Virus record (IMG/VR): IMGVR_UViG_3300021142_001969
Coordinates: 1-51,610 of that record
From: a virus
Lineage: Duplodnaviria > Caudoviricetes
Length of the DNA: 51,610 bases
Direction: 5' to 3' (one strand)
Shown: positions 17,414 through 28,900 of the stretch, piece after piece
Layout: the number at the start of each line of letters is the position of its first letter
Numbering within the stretch: position 1 is the stretch's first letter
Notes under the pieces: generated by a model
The model's database searches: none
What the model was told of the DNA's origin: nothing
What the model saw: only the letters and a program-made list of their open reading frames with translations
Program-made: the position numbers and the translations under genes

Positions 17414-18835
17414 ATGAACAAATACGCCATAGCTGGTAAAGAATTAATTAGGGGTAATATTGGTAATGCTTTTATGGCAATGGCAACTAAATCTCTGACA
17501 TCTGAATTAATTCAGCCATCAAGGTGGAGAAATGGTAATTTCTTTTTTGGTGTTAATGGTGCTGATAAAGCTTTCATCTGGGGTAACTTCAATAGTTCAT
17601 TAATAGCATATCAGCATTGTCCGGTAGTATCATCCATAATTAATAAACAAGCTCAATGTAGAATCAACGGAAAAAGGTCAATTGTTGATTTGGATAATAG
17701 GGAATCTGTCAATCCTAAAGCGATACAGCTACGTAAACTACTATCAAAGCCAAATATTTTACAGAACGGAAAAGAATTTATAGCCCAGGGAAATGTCTAT
17801 AAAAGAATTTATGGGTATTGTCCTGTACTTATTATAAAGCCTATCGGTTTTGAGAATGATTATAGTAAATGGAAGATGTGGAATATTCCACCTTGGATGC
17901 TTCAGATATTAGATTCTCAGGAGTTATTCTATGAAAGTGGAGCAAAACTATTTAAATCTATATGGCTTACTTACATGGGTCATTCTGTACAGATAAATCC
18001 AGACAATTTATTTTTCTTAAAGGAAAATCAGATTAGTACCGGTACTTACATGTACAATAGCAATCAGGCAAATGTTTCATTGTTCCTTCCTGATAGTAAA
18101 TTGTTTTCACTTGAAAAGCCAATCGATAATCTTATTGCATCACTGGAAAGCCGAGGATCACTAACAAGAAACAGAGGCCCGCAATGGATATTGACAAACG
18201 ATTCTACTGATAGCGCTGATAATGGCATTTTCCCAATAGATACAACTGTTAAGGATGATTTGCACAAAGATTTTATGCAATATGGCATCATGGGTGGCCA
18301 GCGTAAAGCAATTATTACAGATGCAAAATTAAAATTACAGACTGTAGGATTTGACGTTGCTCAATTGAAGTTACTCGAGGGTGAAATACAAGATGCTAAA
18401 CTTATCTGTGATGGTTTGAATTATCCTCCATATCTGTTAGGTTTAGTAGATGCTAAGTTCGATAATCAGCAAATAGCAGAACGTAATCTATATACTAATT
18501 CTATAATCCCGGATGCTGAAAGCGAAGATGAACAATGGAGTGATCTGTTTGGATTGACTGAATTAGGATTGAAGATAACTACAGACTATTCACATCTTCC
18601 AGCTTTACAGGAGAATTTAACTGAAAAAGGTAAAGCGCTGTTTTACGCTAATCAAGGTTCTCTTATTTCATTCTACAATAATGTAATTACACTTAATCAA
18701 TGGAGGGAGATTATCAATATTGACAGTGTTGCTGGAGATGATAAATATTACTATCAATTATTGGCAGATGGTAAAGTTTTTGGTGTGGTGCCTAATGCAC
18801 CATTACCCCATGATAACAATTCAAATTCTAATTAA
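17414..18835 (+). CDS. Portal protein (HK97-like)
   Basis: LLSKPN.LQ, ICDGLNYPPYLLG, ITLNQWRE; position after terL (alternative TTG start 17399). Confidence 0.88.
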   Translation: MNKYAIAGKELIRGNIGNAFMAMATKSLTSELIQPSRWRNGNFFFGVNGADKAFIWGNFNSSLIAYQHCPVVSSIINKQAQCRINGKRSIVDLDNRESVNPKAIQLRKLLSKPNILQNGKEFIAQGNVYKRIYGYCPVLIIKPIGFENDYSKWKMWNIPPWMLQILDSQELFYESGAKLFKSIWLTYMGHSVQINPDNLFFLKENQISTGTYMYNSNQANVSLFLPDSKLFSLEKPIDNLIASLESRGSLTRNRGPQWILTNDSTDSADNGIFPIDTTVKDDLHKDFMQYGIMGGQRKAIITDAKLKLQTVGFDVAQLKLLEGEIQDAKLICDGLNYPPYLLGLVDAKFDNQQIAERNLYTNSIIPDAESEDEQWSDLFGLTELGLKITTDYSHLPALQENLTEKGKALFYANQGSLISFYNNVITLNQWREIINIDSVAGDDKYYYQLLADGKVFGVVPNAPLPHDNNSNSN

Positions 18836-19134
18836 TGGGAAAGAAAGCAAAATTAAAAGCCTTAAAAAGTTTAGCTGCTAATCTTCCTGCAATAAATAGA
18901 AGCAGTCATGAAGAGCACCATCTAAAAGGTTCTGAAATATTATCATGGGGAACTGTTAGGGAGATTGATGGTAAACCTATTGATCCTGAAAAAACTTACT
19001 TATACAACTATCCTGTTTTAATGGTTCAGAATAATGCAAGGAGGATTAAACGAGCGTTTCTTAGTAATGGACCAGAGGGGATTAAATCGGTTTTACAAAA
19101 CACTTTAAATATTGTTGAATCAAATCAAAAATAA
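18835..19134 (+). CDS. Hypothetical protein
   Basis: TAATG-coupled to the portal. Confidence 0.65.
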   Translation: MGKKAKLKALKSLAANLPAINRSSHEEHHLKGSEILSWGTVREIDGKPIDPEKTYLYNYPVLMVQNNARRIKRAFLSNGPEGIKSVLQNTLNIVESNQK

Positions 19135-19247
19135 TGAGTACAGAAGCAACAAAGCAGGAAAAGCCAAAGGTCGATAAAGCAGTAGTAAATCAAGCTATTG
19201 CTGATAAAGATAAAGCTATCAGAGAAAAAACAATTATAAAAAAGTAG
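19134..19247 (+). CDS. 37-aa ORF (not in ORF track)
   Basis: TAATG-coupled, ends 3 nt before the protease ATG; MSTEATKQEKPKVDK.. Confidence 0.6.
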   Translation: MSTEATKQEKPKVDKAVVNQAIADKDKAIREKTIIKK

Positions 19248-19250
19248 ATT

Positions 19251-20207
19251 ATGAAGCCAGCAATAATTCCATCAAATCTTACAGGTAAATCTCTTTTTGA
19301 ATTTCTTGTAAAGAATGAAAGCCTGATAATTCATTCTAAGAAAAGTGAGATTAAAAGAAGTGATAATATTACTTTTTCTACTTTTTTTATTGATGAAAAA
19401 GGAGAATTAGTAAGTAAGGCAAATGTTGTTGAAACTCAGGTTAATCCTAATCAGATTAAAGCGGTTGTGGTTATTAATACGACTAACTGGTATGATAGTC
19501 ATGGAGATGTTCATATCCCTGGTATATGGAAGAAGTCTTTAAGTGATAATAAGAAAAATGGTTTTTATCTTCTGGATAATCATAATAGAGGGTTTGAAGA
19601 TGTTATTGCGGATGAATGCAAAGCAGAAGCAAAACCTATGGCGTGGAAAGATTTGGGTATTCCTGTTTCTGGTACTACTGAAGCTTTGACTTTTACAGCT
19701 ATCATAGATAAAGATCGTAATCCTAAAATGTTTGATCAATACTATAAAAAGTATGTAAAGCAACATAGTGTAGGAATGCGTTATATTAAAATGGTAACGT
19801 GTATAAATGATGATGATTATCCAGTACAAAAAGAAAACTGGGATAAATATTTTCCTATGGTAGCTAATCAGGCTGACTGTAAGGAAGATGGTTATTTCTG
19901 GGCTGTGTTAGAAGCTCAGATAATAGAAGGAAGTGCAGTATTATTTGGTAGTAACTGCATGACACCAACAATTAATGTTACAGACACTGATGACCAGCCG
20001 CTTGATAGCACTGGTAAACACCAGCCGTCATCTACAGATAATAAGTCAATGGTAATTTGCCCGAGCTGTACAACGCACTTTAATGCGACCAGCAACAGCA
20101 ATATCAATTGTCCTAATTGCGGACAGTATGTATCACCTCAGAGCAGTAGCATTGAGACTGACACATTTGATTTAATCGCAGCAATTGCAGGAACAACATT
20201 TATTTAA
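19251..20207 (+). CDS. Prohead protease with C-terminal zinc ribbon
   Basis: DSHGDVH, LDNH, QHSVGMRY, EGSAVLFGSN; CPSC..CPNC. Confidence 0.8.
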   Translation: MKPAIIPSNLTGKSLFEFLVKNESLIIHSKKSEIKRSDNITFSTFFIDEKGELVSKANVVETQVNPNQIKAVVVINTTNWYDSHGDVHIPGIWKKSLSDNKKNGFYLLDNHNRGFEDVIADECKAEAKPMAWKDLGIPVSGTTEALTFTAIIDKDRNPKMFDQYYKKYVKQHSVGMRYIKMVTCINDDDYPVQKENWDKYFPMVANQADCKEDGYFWAVLEAQIIEGSAVLFGSNCMTPTINVTDTDDQPLDSTGKHQPSSTDNKSMVICPSCTTHFNATSNSNINCPNCGQYVSPQSSSIETDTFDLIAAIAGTTFI

Positions 20208-20226
20208 AAATTTAAATCAGTCGAAA

Positions 20227-21546
20227 ATGACACAAGCAGAATTAGATGCGCTGACCGCCAAAGTAGGTGCGGATGCCAGTGCAGCCATTAAACGTGAGTT
20301 AGATGCTTACGATGTTAAGATGAAAGCGTTTGCTACCGAAGTTGCTAAGCAAAACGGTGGTATAACTAAAGAGCAGTTTGAAGAGTACAAAACTGCTGCT
20401 TCTACAGCTGTAGAAGCAGTAAAAGAAATTGCAGAAAAACAAGGTACAACCCTTGCAGAAATTGCAGTGAAATTAGGAAAGAATGAAGTAGGTACAAAAT
20501 CAATTACCCAAGTACTTTCTGAAGATTCAGAAGAACTAAGAAAAGTATTCAATCAGGGCCAGGGAGTAAAAACCTATATGGTGACAATTGACAAGCATGG
20601 TAACCCTGTTATGAAAGCTATTGATTTAAGTGCAACTAAAACTACAGGTTATGAGGCAAGTGTTGCTGGTATACCTTCTGGTGCAGTTGCATCTATTACT
20701 CAGGCATTAGATTCTGCAACATTATTACGTGTTGGAGCTGGTGCATTGATTAATAATCAATATCGTAACAGTGCATGGATTTTTGATTTATGTAACACTA
20801 TTAATGCAAGCTTTAACAGCCAAATGCCATTTGTTATGTGGTTTGATGAACAGCCACTAATAGGAGGATCATCAACTACAGCTGAAGGTGTAAGTAAACC
20901 ATTGAGTCAGTACAGTTATCAATTGAATTCAGCAACTTATAAAAAAGAAGCTACATTGGTAGGATTTACTAATGAATTCCAAATGGACTTTGCTCAACTG
21001 GAAAGCGACATTATGAATAAGGCTCGTATTGATGTTATCAATCGTGTTAATCAGGCTATTCTTCCTGATATCATTAGCAATGCAACCCCGTATAGTAGTG
21101 GGGTAACATTCCAAGGAGGAACTCCGGTACCTTCACCTAATGACTTTGATGCAATTGCAGCAATGGCAGCACAGGTTGATAATGCAACATTTGGCGCTCG
21201 TGCTAATAGTGCTATCATGAGTACCAATAAGAAGTACAGGATGGGTATTCAGAAAAATACTCAGGGTTCATATTTGAATCCTCCTGATGTATTAAAAGGT
21301 ATTGATTTCGTAGGTAACCCTTCAATGGCAGCAGATAATTTACTGGTAGGCGACTTAAAACAATATAACATCATACTTAGAGGTGGCTTAATTGTTAGAG
21401 TTGGATATAATGGTACTGACTTTGCACAAAATGCCTATTCTGTAGTGCTTGAGCAGTTCTACTTCAATTATATTTCTACTGTTCGTAAAGTAGCTATTGT
21501 AAAAGGTCCTGATTTCGCAACCGTTAAAACAGCTATCAGCGCTTAA
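20227..21546 (+). CDS. Major capsid protein (HK97 fold with N-terminal delta/scaffold domain)
   Basis: Coiled-coil N-terminus, AEGVSKP, LLVGDL; follows the protease. Confidence 0.88.
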   Translation: MTQAELDALTAKVGADASAAIKRELDAYDVKMKAFATEVAKQNGGITKEQFEEYKTAASTAVEAVKEIAEKQGTTLAEIAVKLGKNEVGTKSITQVLSEDSEELRKVFNQGQGVKTYMVTIDKHGNPVMKAIDLSATKTTGYEASVAGIPSGAVASITQALDSATLLRVGAGALINNQYRNSAWIFDLCNTINASFNSQMPFVMWFDEQPLIGGSSTTAEGVSKPLSQYSYQLNSATYKKEATLVGFTNEFQMDFAQLESDIMNKARIDVINRVNQAILPDIISNATPYSSGVTFQGGTPVPSPNDFDAIAAMAAQVDNATFGARANSAIMSTNKKYRMGIQKNTQGSYLNPPDVLKGIDFVGNPSMAADNLLVGDLKQYNIILRGGLIVRVGYNGTDFAQNAYSVVLEQFYFNYISTVRKVAIVKGPDFATVKTAISA

Positions 21547-21581
21547 TCTTAAATTTTATCATTAACTAATAAAACATTTCT

Positions 21582-21983
21582 ATGGCTAAGGCAAAATCTT
21601 CTACAACAGACACTCCTGAAGAGGAAGTAGTTGTTGCTTCACAAGAAGTAGTAACCGATAATTCTACAACAGACACTCCTGAAGAGGAAGTAGTTGTAGA
21701 AGATTCTGCTAAGGCTTCAGATGATGGAGTTACTAAAATTATGACCATTGGTGAAAATCCTGAAGGACATAACATGGAAACTCATACAGTTAGAGTTAGT
21801 ACTTCTGCAGTAAGTTTAGGTAAAGCATATTCTGCAAATTCTAAATTAGTGAAAGTTCTTATCAACTATCCAGAAGGTTGGACAAAAGATAAGTTTTTCA
21901 AAAATGGAGAAATAAGAGAAATGGCACCTGAAACAGCTAATACATTTATCGAAATAGGAATTGCAACATTAACTAAGGAATAA
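21582..21983 (+). CDS. Acidic head-associated protein with tandem repeat
   Basis: STTDTPEEEVVV twice. Confidence 0.65.
   Translation: MAKAKSSTTDTPEEEVVVASQEVVTDNSTTDTPEEEVVVEDSAKASDDGVTKIMTIGENPEGHNMETHTVRVSTSAVSLGKAYSANSKLVKVLINYPEGWTKDKFFKNGEIREMAPETANTFIEIGIATLTKE
21599..21697 (+). repeat. 36-bp perfect direct repeat, 63-bp period
   Basis: TTCTACAACAGACACTCCTGAAGAGGAAGTAGTTGT at 21599-21634 and 21662-21697. Confidence 0.9.
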
Positions 21984-21984
21984 T

Positions 21985-22560
21985 ATGTCATTAATCAATA
22001 CTTCATTTTTTGTTGGTAATCTTCAAATACCTAATGCAACAGAATCATCTGTTGCCAGTGTAATTGTATTTTATATCAACAAATTTGAACCTGAATTTTT
22101 GCAGAATCTATTAGGCTATCCATTGTATAAAGAATTTATAGCCAACCCTTCAGCAGATAGATTTAAGAACATTATTAATGGATGTGAGTTTACTGACTTT
22201 CAGGGATATACTGCAAAATGGAAAGGATTGATAGAAGTATTAGTTCCAGATCCTACACCACCCTCAACAACTCCAATAGGACAAAAGCAAAGTATCATTG
22301 CTAATTATGTTTATTTCCGTTATAGGCAAAGAAACGAAACGCAATTTACTGGAATTGGTGAGGTGAAAATGAAAGCTTCAGAAGGTTCTGAAAGTGTCAG
22401 TCCAAGAAAGAAAATGGCTTTCATCTGGAATGAGATTCATTACAATGTAAAAGTATTAATGCAATTCTTTGAAATGAACCAGGCTACTTATCCGGAATGG
22501 ACTACAAATGATGAAATGAAAGCATTAAGGTTTTTCGGTTTTGCAAATCCAATATTCTAA
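21985..22560 (+). CDS. Putative head-tail adaptor
   Basis: Position and size; LQNLLGYPLY, IANYVYF. Confidence 0.6.
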   Translation: MSLINTSFFVGNLQIPNATESSVASVIVFYINKFEPEFLQNLLGYPLYKEFIANPSADRFKNIINGCEFTDFQGYTAKWKGLIEVLVPDPTPPSTTPIGQKQSIIANYVYFRYRQRNETQFTGIGEVKMKASEGSESVSPRKKMAFIWNEIHYNVKVLMQFFEMNQATYPEWTTNDEMKALRFFGFANPIF

Positions 22561-22600
22561 AATGAGAAAATTATTAATTCACAAAACAACAATTTATAAA

Positions 22601-23035
22601 ATGAAAAAGATCCTTTTTATTATGCTTTTTGCCGTTGGCTTATTAACGGCTCCTAAAATTGATGCTCAGGTTGCATTAGTTTCTCCTACGTATGGTAATA
22701 CTATTGATACTGTAACAAACACAGGAACTAAGGTTCTATGGAAAAAAGTTACAGGGTATAAGGAAACGATTACCATTACTGCCAATATTACAAGTATATC
22801 TGGCACTTTAGGTGGAACTCTTATTCCTATAGTTAGTAATGATGGAGTTAACTTCTACAATGGTACAGCCGCAACTGTTTCAGATTCTGCATATACTGTT
22901 ACAAATACAGCATCACAGGGAAAGGCTTTTACGTGTAAGCGAGGATTCCAATATTATGGAGTACAATGGACGGGAACCGGTACCATGTCTGGATCGTTCA
23001 CCGGAGTTTTATTAGCAAGAAAGCCTACAGATTAA
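22601..23035 (+). CDS. Signal-peptide beta-rich protein in neck region
   Basis: MKKILFIMLFAVGLLTAPKIDA|QV. Confidence 0.75.
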   Translation: MKKILFIMLFAVGLLTAPKIDAQVALVSPTYGNTIDTVTNTGTKVLWKKVTGYKETITITANITSISGTLGGTLIPIVSNDGVNFYNGTAATVSDSAYTVTNTASQGKAFTCKRGFQYYGVQWTGTGTMSGSFTGVLLARKPTD

Positions 23036-23045
23036 TCATTAATCA

Positions 23046-23576
23046 ATGAATGAGCCACTTTATATAGTTGATGAAATTGCAGAAGTAATTGCCAGGGTAG
23101 ATGCTATTATCTATCCTGGAATTGCTCCATATACCAATGGCAACCATATCAACTTTCAATATGGCAGATCCATTCAGATTAATAAGCTCTTACAGCTAAA
23201 TAAAAATTCAATCCCGGCAAGATCAAACTATCCGTTAATTGCTCTTTTTCAAGACTTACCAGAAGATGCTGGAAAGAAATGGGGTTATACTTATATAACT
23301 ATACCAAGAATCACTATTGCTACAATTACTGATAAAGATGGAACTCCTGCAGATAAATATAATTCGACATTTAAACCGATATTATATCCTATATATACAG
23401 AATTCATTAATCAGTTAAGTAGGCAACCTTCTATTATTGGTTTTTCTCCTAACAAATCTTCATATATGAAATATGATAGACCAGGAACAAGACCGGAAAT
23501 AGAAGGATTCAATGATTACATAGACGCAATTACGATAGAGAATCTTCAGCTAACCTTTTATAAACCAACCAATTAA
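23046..23576 (+). CDS. Putative tail terminator/completion protein
   Basis: YPLIALF motif; precedes the major tail protein. Confidence 0.55.
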   Translation: MNEPLYIVDEIAEVIARVDAIIYPGIAPYTNGNHINFQYGRSIQINKLLQLNKNSIPARSNYPLIALFQDLPEDAGKKWGYTYITIPRITIATITDKDGTPADKYNSTFKPILYPIYTEFINQLSRQPSIIGFSPNKSSYMKYDRPGTRPEIEGFNDYIDAITIENLQLTFYKPTN

Positions 23577-23602
23577 TTAAATAACAATTTAAACTCAAAA
23601 CA

Positions 23603-24526
23603 ATGAGCGTAAAATTATTAAGTGCGTATGATTTGATTGATTTAACTCAGAATACTGGAGTTGATAAATCAGTCAGCATGGGACCTACTGCTATGATGAT
23701 AGCAGTACCCAAGACTTTTACTCTGGACATCACCGGCGATGTTCAGGCGCAATTACTGACAGCTATTCATGCTGCCAGAGGAAGCCGTGTATTTCCAATG
23801 TTTGGTTATGCATCTCCTGTTGAAGATATCGCTAATGGAAAAGATAGCGATACTATTGAGACAATGGGAAGTGGTGCTAAGCATTTTGTTAAGTATGGTT
23901 TCTTAAACCAGACTCTTACCGCAACTGTAGGAAGTCTTCCGTATGCTAAAAGACTTCGTTCTTTCCTTGAAAGTGGATTATCTGTAATTATGATTGATAA
24001 TGCTGGAAATGTGTTATTAAGAAAAAATGACGATGGCACTTACGGAGGGTTAAGAGTGCAGTTTCAGTATGCGCCTACTCCAGACTTTGCAGATTTCAAA
24101 GGGGTATTTAAATTCTCCTTCCAGGTTAATCTTGACCCTAATGAATTAGTAAAGTATGGTATAATTCTACAAGCTGGTTCCGCATTACTTGATCTGAACG
24201 GATTGAAAAATGTTCAGGTTACAGATGCTACCGGTTCAACTACTACTAAGTTGAAAGTAGGGGTTTCTACAGTTGATAGCAATATTGATTTAGTAGCATT
24301 GTTGTCAACTCCTTTAGCTACTGTTTCAAACTTTGTTGTAACCAATAATACTGGAGTTGTGCAGACTATTTCTGCAGCAGCAATTACAGGTGGTCATATT
24401 GAACTGACAGGAACATTTACTTCTGGTTCTACTTACAATGTGGCATTAGCTGCTCCATCAGTTCTTTATACTAATAGCATAATTGGTTACGAAGGAACTG
24501 TTACAGCTGCTATAGCTATCCCATAA
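23603..24526 (+). CDS. Major tail (tube) protein with C-terminal Ig-like extension
   Basis: Position, size, Thr/Ala-rich beta C-terminus. Confidence 0.7.
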   Translation: MSVKLLSAYDLIDLTQNTGVDKSVSMGPTAMMIAVPKTFTLDITGDVQAQLLTAIHAARGSRVFPMFGYASPVEDIANGKDSDTIETMGSGAKHFVKYGFLNQTLTATVGSLPYAKRLRSFLESGLSVIMIDNAGNVLLRKNDDGTYGGLRVQFQYAPTPDFADFKGVFKFSFQVNLDPNELVKYGIILQAGSALLDLNGLKNVQVTDATGSTTTKLKVGVSTVDSNIDLVALLSTPLATVSNFVVTNNTGVVQTISAAAITGGHIELTGTFTSGSTYNVALAAPSVLYTNSIIGYEGTVTAAIAIP

Positions 24527-24549
24527 TATTCACTCTTAAATAGTAAAAA

Positions 24550-24813
24550 ATGTATAAGAGAATATTTGGAGTAGATGTTTTGGTAGATGCTTTCAAAGGG
24601 TTCAAAAGTCTTGCATCTCTAAAGAAAGAGGCAGGGCAAATTTTTGAACATCTGAAGGATGATGCTGATAAGGCATATGCTGAATTATGGGCTGAAATAT
24701 CGCCTGACAAAGCAGATTCTAAAGAAACTCCTGCAAATCCTGCGGCTGATCAGGAGCCAGCACCTTCAGTTACTCCGGTAGAAAGTGTAACAGAAACAGC
24801 TACAACAGCTTAG
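24550..24813 (+). CDS. Hypothetical protein
   Basis: 87 aa with low-complexity tail. Confidence 0.6.
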   Translation: MYKRIFGVDVLVDAFKGFKSLASLKKEAGQIFEHLKDDADKAYAELWAEISPDKADSKETPANPAADQEPAPSVTPVESVTETATTA

Positions 24814-24837
24814 TGTAATATTTTTTAATAGTTAAGT

Positions 24838-24873
24838 AAAAAGGCGGTGCTATTTGTCGCCGCCTTTTCTTTT
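24838..24873 (+). terminator. Intrinsic (possibly bidirectional) terminator
   Basis: AAAAGGCGGTG..CGCCGCCTTTTCTTTT. Confidence 0.8.
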
Positions 24874-24878
24874 AAGAC

Positions 24879-25349
24879 ATGGCACTCGATCAGCTACAAC
24901 AATTTATAAGTGATTTGGATGCTTTCGATTTCGAAGCGTCTATGTCAGGAGTAATACTTGATAATAAGGATATTATTAGCGACATGGTTGCAGCTCAATT
25001 AGGTTCTACAAGCCTTGATGGAAATAATAACCCCGTTCTTTTAGATGGAAGTGGTTATGCTGATTCAACAATCAGATACAAACAAGAGCATGGCCAGGGA
25101 TTGGGAGCTATTACTGATCGGGTAACATTATATCAGACCGGAGAGTTGTATAAAATGATTGATACAGAAGTTGTAGTGGATGAAGTACAGACTATGAGTG
25201 ATGTTCCTTATTATGATGAATTGATGCAACGGACCGGTGAAGATGTAATGAAGTTGAACGAGACTAACAGAATTGATTTTGCAACCGAAATATTAATGCC
25301 TGCATTTAGTCAGGAGTTTCTTGAAAAAACAGGCTTACAAATTACTTAG
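24879..25349 (+). CDS. Putative tail/neck morphogenesis protein
   Basis: YA.ST..YK, VTLYQTGELY motif. Confidence 0.55.
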   Translation: MALDQLQQFISDLDAFDFEASMSGVILDNKDIISDMVAAQLGSTSLDGNNNPVLLDGSGYADSTIRYKQEHGQGLGAITDRVTLYQTGELYKMIDTEVVVDEVQTMSDVPYYDELMQRTGEDVMKLNETNRIDFATEILMPAFSQEFLEKTGLQIT

Positions 25350-25351
25350 TT

Positions 25352-25981
25352 ATGATTATAGATAATGCCTCATCCTGTACAATTGGTAAGTTTATGAAAT
25401 GTTGGTTTGATAATGATTTATCTGTACTTGTTATAGATGGTGATTTTACTGACGAAGAAAAAAGAAAAGCATTTGAACTAATCCATATTGAATACATTGA
25501 TCTGGCAGGACTATATAAGAATAAGGAGTTTGAAATGCTTGGATATATGAATCATCTGGAAGCTAAGTTCAATGTAATAAGCATGTCAATTGAATTACAA
25601 AGAAAATTTTTAGTCGAATTTGATATCCCTTTTTTAGCTGGTTTTAGAACTTTTAAGGATCATGGGCATTCATTATATTGGGATATATCAAACCCTGATA
25701 AAATATCCTTTCTTGGGATGTTAAATAGAATTGAAGCAAGAAACAAAAATACTAAGGTACAACTGCTTGAGAAGAAAAACGAATTACTGCTACTTCAGAA
25801 AAACAAAGTTGAAAATAAGCATACGACCATACAAAGCAGACAGGAATTCATCAGGACATTAAATGCACTTGGGAAGTATGGGTTTCAGATAAATAAAAAT
25901 GAGACTACAGTTGAGGAGCTGGCATTAATGATTAATGACTGGCAAAAAGAGATAAGCCAACATAATAAATTAAAGAAATAA
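25352..25981 (+). CDS. Putative tail assembly chaperone
   Basis: TAATG-coupled immediately before the tape measure. Confidence 0.5.
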   Translation: MIIDNASSCTIGKFMKCWFDNDLSVLVIDGDFTDEEKRKAFELIHIEYIDLAGLYKNKEFEMLGYMNHLEAKFNVISMSIELQRKFLVEFDIPFLAGFRTFKDHGHSLYWDISNPDKISFLGMLNRIEARNKNTKVQLLEKKNELLLLQKNKVENKHTTIQSRQEFIRTLNALGKYGFQINKNETTVEELALMINDWQKEISQHNKLKK

Positions 25982-28900
25982 TGGCAGGTGTTACAAATAT
26001 TATTGAATTAGGATTTAATGTTCAGGATTTAACCGAGCAAAAACAACAGGTATTAACTGTTCTGCTCGATATGTTTGAACAAATAAAGCAATATGATGGC
26101 ACCCGCATTAATCCAATTAATCTTGGAGGGGTTGCTGAACTTAGAGGAGCTATTCAGCAACAAACTATTATTCTGGAAGAGATAAGAGGTGGATTTGATA
26201 AGTATAATAAAATATTATCAGACAATATTGCACAACAAGCAAGAGTTGCACAAGCAATTAATGACAATGTTTCATCAAATAATAAAAACAAAACCTCTAT
26301 TGATGAAATTACTAAATATACAGAAAAGCTGACTAAGGCGCAATCTGATGAAGCAAAAGCAGTGGCAGAACTTAAAGTACAAATTGCTGCTCAGAATGCT
26401 GAAAATAAAAATACTGCTATAATCAATACTGCTGCTGCAGATTCTTTAGTTCAGCTGCAAGCAAAATTAAAAGCAGCGCAGGCTTCATACGATGGTATGG
26501 ATGCAGCCATTAGAGATAATACAGAAGCAGGAGTAAAAGCTAAAGCTAAAGTTGTTGAACTTACTGCTGCAGTTTCTGCACTTGAACAATCTACTGGAAG
26601 ACATCAGAGAAGCGTAGGTAATTATACAGGAGCATTGAAGCCTTTAGAAGCATTGATGGCTCAATTGAAAGCAAAGATTGATGCTGTAACAAGTTCTGGT
26701 GTGGCTAATGATGAAGTCTTGGCAAAATTGAATCATTCCTATACAGCTGTGGCGAGTATTGTTTCTACTACCAGTGCTGGCTTTACTTCTGTTACTCAAG
26801 AAATAAGACAAAGTGAAAAAGCTTTACAGACATTAAATGCTGCCGGATTAGGAGGAACAGAGGAATTTAAAAAGCTTCAGCAAGAGGTTGCTAATGCCAA
26901 GAGAGAATTTAACGAATTTGCCAAGGGTCAAAAGATAATGGAAAGCCAGGCACCGGTATTGACAGCTCTTACTTCTGCAGCTAAAGGCTTATCTGGAGCT
27001 TATGCAGTTGGAGCAGGTGCATCTGCTTTATTTGCTGATGGAAATGAGAAAGTAGAAAAAGAGTTAGCTAAACTAATGGCCATAATGACTTTTATTCAGG
27101 GATTGAATGAGGTTCATGCACTATTACAGGAAAAAAATACTATCCTTACTGTTATACAGACAGCTGCTACAGCTACTCTAACTAAGGCTAAACAGATGCT
27201 TGGATTGGCTAACATTGAGCAGGCAGAAACGGCAGAAGTAGCGGCAGGAGCAATGGAGATGGAAACAGTGGCCACGGAAGCTGCTACAGGTGCAACATTT
27301 GGTTTAGCAGATGCTATTGTGATGACAGGCATAGGAGCTATAATTATTGCTCTTGTTTGGGGAGTATCCAAATTGGTAGGTGTTGTTGGTAATTGGGTGA
27401 ATGCTGATGAAAAAGCCATTGAAAAGAATAAAGAACTTGCTTCCATCTCTAAGGAATTGAATGAAATATTAAAAGCTCAATCTGAAATAGTATCAGAAGA
27501 TGCGCAGAAGATTATAAATATGTATGAAAATCAATTGAATAAAGCAAAGGCAATTGGTTCAAATCAGATTCAACAGTTTGCAATTGAGAAAAAATTAAAT
27601 GACGCTAAATTATTTCAGGCTGATCAGGTTATTGATAAACTTGGAATAACACACGACAAGGTATTTGACTTAAGTGCTACATATATTGAACAACAAGGTT
27701 GGCTTGAACGATTATTAGAATCTGAAGCAAAGTATATTAAGAATGGAGAAAAGGTTCCTGAAAAATTAAAAAAACAAATCGAAGCTCAAAAGGAAATGAG
27801 CTCTTCCACTAAAACTTTATGGGAGGAAGGGAAAAAGGCTTTGGAAGATAAAGATAAAGCTGAAAAAGCAATTGAAGTACAAAAACTTACTGAGGATAAA
27901 TACAATGCAGATGAGTTTCGTAAGTTGACTTTAGAAACTGCCAAAATAGAAGCTAATTCAGTAATTGAGAAGAATACTTTAATCCTAAATAATGAGCGTT
28001 CTACTTTAGCGCAAAGAGTTTCTGCCTTGAAGAGTAATGCTGCTGAAAATAAGGCTATAGCTAAGGCTGAATATGATGCAATTAAAAGTGATCCTACTCA
28101 ATCAGATGATAGTAAAAAAATTGCTCTTTTAAAATATCAGGCTGATAGAAAGAAGATTACTAATGAAGCAAGGGCAAATGAATTAAAGGTAATTGAGACT
28201 TATAATCAGCGCGAACTTGCTGCTCATTTATCTATCAATGATGCATTAATTTCCATACAAAAGAAAATGTATGACACCATTGCATCTGATAATAAGAACT
28301 CTTTAGAGCTTAGAATATCCGCTTTGCAATCATCTGTAAATGATGAAAAGCAAATATTGCAGAATGAGCTTGAATTTAAGATTCAACAGGCTAAGGTCCA
28401 GGGCAAGACCGATACTGAAATAATGGCAATCAGAACCGAAAATGCTGCTAAACTACAGGAGTTAACGGAGGCAACAGGAAAGAAGGTGTATGATATCACA
28501 ATCAGTTGGGGAGAAAAGACTGCTAAAGATCTTGCAGAGCAGAAAACCAATGCAGCTGCTACAAAGACTACTCAAAACTATGATGCTGAGCTTTCAAAAT
28601 TAAATGAAGGATTAGCAAAACAAAAAATTTCATATTCTAAATATTTGATCGAAAGGAAAAAACTAGATGATAAATATTTGACCGATAAAGACAGTGCTGA
28701 TATTGCAGATGATCAGGCTGAACTGGATAGATTAAAGAAGCATGGAGAAGAGATTGCAGCCCAGAAAAAACAAGCTGAAGCAGAATTGGGTAATGCTCAG
28801 GGAAATGATGATCCAGAAGCTGTTATTAAAGCTCAACAATCTTTATCAGCTTTACTTCAACTTGAAAAAACAAATAATAAATTAATTGCTGATGAAGATA

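Noticed and set aside
24550-25981. Programmed -1 frameshift in tail chaperones
   Set aside because: No correctly phased X XXY YYZ heptamer found near the ORF ends
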